Positions 59,887 to 64,000 of a stretch of 64,000 bases of DNA are shown here, one piece after another (within the stretch, counting starts at the first letter, position 1; every line of letters begins with the position of its first letter). The stretch is from contig JAOPTX010000003.1 of assembly GCA_051532055.1 (NCBI GenBank), positions 1 to 64,000 of the forward strand, read 5' to 3'. Made by a program: the position numbers and the translations under genes. The notes under the pieces are model-generated. The model worked only from the letters and a program-made list of their open reading frames with translations. It was not told where the DNA came from and ran no database searches. The stretch comes from Fibrobacterales bacterium (GTDB lineage: Bacteria; Fibrobacterota; Fibrobacteria; Fibrobacterales; JAOPTW01).

Positions 59887-61230
59887 ATGGAATGGGAACG
59901 GTTATTAAATTCAGATAATATGGGGAATAATCCTTCAAAATTTGAACTGGGTCGATCCCCGTTTAATGCTGACCATGATAAGATAATGTTTTCTGGAGCA
60001 TTTAGACGCTTAGCCAAGAAGACTCAAGTACATCCCCTTGCAACAAATGACCATATTCATAATAGACTCACTCATAGCCTTGAGGTGTCATGTGTTGGTC
60101 GTAGTTTGGGCCTTTCGGTTGCTCAAAAATTGAGGGAGAAAGAGCGTCTTACTGATGATATACAAGTATCGTATATTGGAGATATTGTACAATCGGCTTG
60201 TCTCGCCCATGATATTGGAAATCCACCTTTTGGTCATACGGGTGAAGAGGCTATCCAGCAATGGTTTTTGAATGAGGGCTCACACTTTTTGACAGGTATG
60301 TCAGATGTAGAGTCAAAAGACTTACAATCTTTTGAAGGTAATGCACAAGGGCTGAGAGTTTTAACAACTGTTGAGAATCACCTACATAATGGTGGACTGA
60401 GACTCACAAATGCTACCTTAGCGGCTTTTATCAAATATCCGTGGACTTCTCAGTATCGTTCTAATAATCAACCATTAAATAAGTTTGGGGTGTTTCATTC
60501 TGAGCTTGAACTATTTCATGATATTGCGCAGTCGGTAGGTTTGATTCCTTTAGATGAACATAGGTACTGTCGACATCCCTTAGTACATCTCATGGAAGCA
60601 GCAGATGATTTTTGTTATGGAATCATTGATCTAGAAGATGGATTGGAGATGAACATCCTTGAGTGGGATGAAGTGTATGGAATTTTGGAACCTGTTATTC
60701 CAGAAATGCATAAGGCCGAACTGACGAGTAAATTGGCACAAGTTGATCAAGGGAGAAAAAATCACCTACTCCGCGGCGTGGTTATGGATACCTATATTAA
60801 AGCGGCGAGTGATGCTTTTGTTGCTCATGAAGAGCAGTATCTTGAGGGCGATGATACTAACCTTATAGATCTGTGTGGTGAGGCTATTAAAAGAACCGTA
60901 AAAGGTGCTAAAAAAATGGCACGAGAACAAATCTTTTCTCACCCTCGAAAAGTTGAACTTGAGATCGGTGCCTACAATTCAGTAGCGACCTTACTTCAGG
61001 TAATATGTAGTTCAGCCCTAGAATGGAGTAGAAATCCTCATGCAATGTCCTATACTCAGAAGAGAGTTATTGAACTTATTGGTGAGAAAACATTTCACCC
61101 TGATATTATCTCTGGAGAAAATAAGGGGCATAGTCGGGATTATATGACGCTCATGCGGGTGGTTGATTTTGTGAGTGGAATGACGGATAACTATGCTACG
61201 TATTTGGCGAAGCAGTTACAGGGTTTTTAA
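59887..61230 (+). CDS. dgt: dGTP triphosphohydrolase (HD family)
   Basis: FRRLAKKTQV, RLTHSLEV, HDIGNPPFGH.GE, FEGNAQ, EAADD.CY, VSGMTD. Confidence 0.93.
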   Translation: MEWERLLNSDNMGNNPSKFELGRSPFNADHDKIMFSGAFRRLAKKTQVHPLATNDHIHNRLTHSLEVSCVGRSLGLSVAQKLREKERLTDDIQVSYIGDIVQSACLAHDIGNPPFGHTGEEAIQQWFLNEGSHFLTGMSDVESKDLQSFEGNAQGLRVLTTVENHLHNGGLRLTNATLAAFIKYPWTSQYRSNNQPLNKFGVFHSELELFHDIAQSVGLIPLDEHRYCRHPLVHLMEAADDFCYGIIDLEDGLEMNILEWDEVYGILEPVIPEMHKAELTSKLAQVDQGRKNHLLRGVVMDTYIKAASDAFVAHEEQYLEGDDTNLIDLCGEAIKRTVKGAKKMAREQIFSHPRKVELEIGAYNSVATLLQVICSSALEWSRNPHAMSYTQKRVIELIGEKTFHPDIISGENKGHSRDYMTLMRVVDFVSGMTDNYATYLAKQLQGF

Positions 61231-61348
61231 ATAATATACGTGGTTAAGGTAAAGCGCGGATGAGATGTGGCATGTGCATTTCGCACACGGGTGGGTTCAG
61301 AAGCATGACCTTTTTATGATTCTGAAGTCTTACTTTGTTAACCTAATG

Positions 61349-61386
61349 ATACATTCTGAATTCATGGTTGTGAACTCAGAATGTAA
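61349..61386. terminator. Hairpin between convergent dgt and helicase genes
   Basis: TACATTCTGA...TCAGAATGTA. Confidence 0.5.
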
Positions 61387-61389
61387 GGC

Positions 61390-62877
61390 TTATTCCCCTT
61401 TCTTACGGCGTCTAAACTGACTAGGTTGTTTGGGGTCGGTGCTCTTTTTCTCAGTGACTTTTTGATCCGCTGAGAACATACCGGGCTTACGCTCTTTAGG
61501 GGTTCTCTTGTTTTTACTTTGGGCTTTACCACTATTTTTTGCAGTTTGATGGGGGTGTGAACCGAAGCGACCTTTTTTCTGTTGATCAGCTTCTTGTTTA
61601 CGGCGCTCATTATCTTGTTCTTTTGCTTCACGAGCCTTTTCTTTAAGCAGTAACATTTCTTTGAGGCTCCCCGGTTTTGGAGGGTGCTTTTTAGAACGTG
61701 AATTTTTTTGCTTCTCTGTTGAGAAGGGGAGTGCATGGACGGGCTCAAAACCTCTCAGTTCGTCGCGAGGGAGTTTTTGATTTATTAGTTTTTCAATCTG
61801 TAATAACTCTTTAATTTCATCAGCGCACACGAGTGACAGTGCGTGACCTTTGAGTCCAGCCCTACCAGTACGACCGATACGATGTACATAATCTTCTGGG
61901 GTGTTTGGGAGGTCAAAGTTGACTACCAGAGGGAGCTGTTGAATGTCAATTCCCCGTGCTGCAATATCAGTAGCGACGAGAATTTGAATTTTATTTTTTT
62001 TAAAATCTGCAAGTGCTTCGGTACGTGCATTTTGGCTTTTGTTACCATGTATTGCTTTAGCACTGATACCTGCATCAATGAGCTTCTGAACGAGTTTATT
62101 CGAACCGTGTTTTGTACGTCCAAAGACGAGGACTTGACTCCAGTCGTTTTTCTTATCTTTTTTAATAAGATGAATAAGTGCCGCTGTTTTTTGGGACTTG
62201 TCAACTGAGAGGAGCCCATGCTCAATTGCATCAACTGTTGTGTTACGCGGAGTGACCGAAATTTCAACAGGATCATTGATCATAGTTCTGGCCAGTGCGC
62301 GAATATCTTTTGAAAAGGTTGCAGAGAAGAGGAGATTTTGGCGCTTCTTAGGTAAGATTGAGAGTACTCGTTTTATATCGTTTATAAAGCCCATATCAAG
62401 CATTCGGTCAGCTTCATCAAGAACAAGTATTTCAATATTGCTAAATTTTAGAGCTTTCTGTCCCCACAAATCCATAAGACGTCCAGGAGTGGCAACAAGA
62501 ATATCAACCCCTTTCTTAAGCTTAGAAATCTGAGGTTTAATATTGACTCCACCAAATACTACTCCGTAGCGAATATCCATATATTTACTGTATGCTTTGA
62601 TGTTCGCTTCTATTTGAGCTGCAAGTTCACGGGTCGGCGTAAGAATTAGGGTACGCACTTCATATTTTTTTGCTGGTTCGCCATGGGATAGTAGTTCAAG
62701 AATAGGGAGAGTGAACGCAGCAGTTTTACCAGTACCTGTTTGTGCGGCAGCCATTAAGTCTTGCTTAGATAATACAACAGGTATCGCTTGTGCCTGAATA
62801 GGTGACGGTGTTTCATACCCTTTGTCATGTATAGCATTTAACAAAGAATCAGATAAACCAAGGGATGAAAATTTCAT
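61390..62877 (-). CDS. rhlE: DEAD-box RNA helicase, RhlE-like
   Basis: [42 protein letters not shown], basic tail. Confidence 0.85.
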   Translation of the reverse strand: MKFSSLGLSDSLLNAIHDKGYETPSPIQAQAIPVVLSKQDLMAAAQTGTGKTAAFTLPILELLSHGEPAKKYEVRTLILTPTRELAAQIEANIKAYSKYMDIRYGVVFGGVNIKPQISKLKKGVDILVATPGRLMDLWGQKALKFSNIEILVLDEADRMLDMGFINDIKRVLSILPKKRQNLLFSATFSKDIRALARTMINDPVEISVTPRNTTVDAIEHGLLSVDKSQKTAALIHLIKKDKKNDWSQVLVFGRTKHGSNKLVQKLIDAGISAKAIHGNKSQNARTEALADFKKNKIQILVATDIAARGIDIQQLPLVVNFDLPNTPEDYVHRIGRTGRAGLKGHALSLVCADEIKELLQIEKLINQKLPRDELRGFEPVHALPFSTEKQKNSRSKKHPPKPGSLKEMLLLKEKAREAKEQDNERRKQEADQQKKGRFGSHPHQTAKNSGKAQSKNKRTPKERKPGMFSADQKVTEKKSTDPKQPSQFRRRKKGE

Positions 62878-62976
62878 AATGTACTCAAATTTTAAGGTTT
62901 GGTATACTGCATTAATTTTCGCAGTGTGTGGTGCTCAATGGTAATGAGGTGGGGTGCATTTTATACCGAGTGCCCT

Positions 62977-63005
62977 ATAGTAGCTTCCTTAATGGACGAT
63001 TTCAA
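62977..63005 (-). promoter_or_regulatory. Sigma70-type promoter of the helicase gene
   Basis: TTGAAA-17 nt-TACTAT on the minus strand; implies a ~90-nt 5' UTR. Confidence 0.65.
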
Positions 63006-63025
63006 GGTGTCTTGGCATAAGTCAG

Positions 63026-63436
63026 CTAATCACCGTTATTTATACTAATGCCTTCCTTTGCAAAGGCTTCGTCAAGTGCTTCCATTTTTAGTGGTTTTGT
63101 AAGGTACCCATTACATAAGTTTTTGAATGAACCCATTATAATATCCATTTGATCGTAGCTGGTGACCATAAAAATTTTGCATGATTTTTCTAATAACAGT
63201 CCTTCAGATTCTTCGAAATTACGAATTTCATTGAGTACTGTTATGCCATCTTTATCAGGCATATTAATATCTAAACAAATAATATCAAATGGTTTTTTAC
63301 TTGTGTAGGCATTGATAAATTGATTATACCCATCTACTCCGCCGGGAGCAGAATATACTTCACCATATTTATTCAAGTAGTGTGATAATGTTTTTTGACT
63401 AATGAGGTTGTCTTCAATAACTAATAATTTATACAT
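63026..63436 (-). CDS. Single-domain CheY-like response regulator
   Basis: VIEDN, CLDINMP, VTS, YLTKP. Confidence 0.9.
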   Translation of the reverse strand: MYKLLVIEDNLISQKTLSHYLNKYGEVYSAPGGVDGYNQFINAYTSKKPFDIICLDINMPDKDGITVLNEIRNFEESEGLLLEKSCKIFMVTSYDQMDIIMGSFKNLCNGYLTKPLKMEALDEAFAKEGISINNGD

Positions 63437-63616
63437 AGATGATTCAATTTTATTGCACAAAATAGTGTATCATTTTTTGGCACTTAAAAGTGATATTAGT
63501 TAGTAAATAGGCAAAATTAGCGATTTTTACCTCTCTAATGGGAAAGGTACTATTAGAGGATCTTCTTTACATACTGTTTGGATTAACTACTATTATAAGC
63601 GTTTAATGAGGGAACT

Positions 63617-64000
63617 ATGTCTGTGACTATGATAAATTCTAAGAGGATACTGAACTGTATAATTGTATTGATGCTTATTGCGTGTTCAGAAGAGGGGCCT
63701 TTCATAGAACATGCCAGTTATCATTCTTCTGTATCCAATACAAACACCTTATCAAGTACGATTATTGAAGGGGAATCTTATTCGGCGGTGAGTGATGTGC
63801 CTGCTCATTTGGATGGAAGTTCAGCTACCCCTATTCCTATTGTGAGTTCTGATAGTGAAGTTTCAAGTTCGGAACGCTTGCCTATGCATTCTGGTGTACT
63901 GTCATTGGAGAGTAGTAATTTTTCATCTGTAAGTGAAAATGAGCATGATTCCACTTCCAATAGTTCCCTAAATGAGAGTTCTGATTCACCAAGGGGTAGC
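63617..64000 (+). CDS. Partial Ser-rich lipoprotein (runs off the window; not in the ORF track)
   Basis: GAGGG RBS; MSVTMINSKRILNCIIVLMLIAC-SEE...; open to the window end. Confidence 0.7.
   Translation, partial: MSVTMINSKRILNCIIVLMLIACSEEGPFIEHASYHSSVSNTNTLSSTIIEGESYSAVSDVPAHLDGSSATPIPIVSSDSEVSSSERLPMHSGVLSLESSNFSSVSENEHDSTSNSSLNESSDSPRGS

Noticed and set aside
59887..61230. Anti-phage dGTPase
   Set aside because: Ordinary dGTPase motifs and a housekeeping neighbourhood; would need a phylogeny to claim otherwise
1..64000. CRISPR array, tRNA/rRNA, IS, prophage, retron or DGR
   Set aside because: No spaced direct repeats, cloverleafs, transposase, integrase or reverse transcriptase seen by eye

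Overview
AT-rich bacterial chromosomal window with about 50 genes. I saw no rRNA, tRNA, CRISPR array, transposase, integrase or reverse transcriptase. Many secreted proteins and lipoproteins have Ser/Glu-rich linkers and short C-terminal sorting-like domains, suggesting an FCB-superphylum organism, possibly Fibrobacterota (inference). Recognisable genes: slyD, a cation/H+ antiporter fused to a PTS EIIA-like domain, selO, thpR, a sulfur cluster (TauE, MBL-rhodanese, Crp/Fnr), a hybrid sensor kinase, a GH30 hydrolase, a ~2100-aa surface protein, a TolC-MFP-RND operon, an MFS exporter, dbpA, an rhlE-like helicase, a cold-shock protein, arfB and a dGTPase. The most interesting signals are non-coding. 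(1) A ~210-nt highly structured candidate RNA at 5054-5265 whose loop is complementary to the next gene's RBS. (2) A ~75-nt candidate sRNA at 39256-39332, convergent with an unlisted 51-aa ORF. (3) A twice-repeated operator at -41.5 in the sulfur cluster. (4) A twice-repeated CRP-type box plus TATTGTAAAC. All calls come from reading motifs by eye; no searches or folding programs were run.
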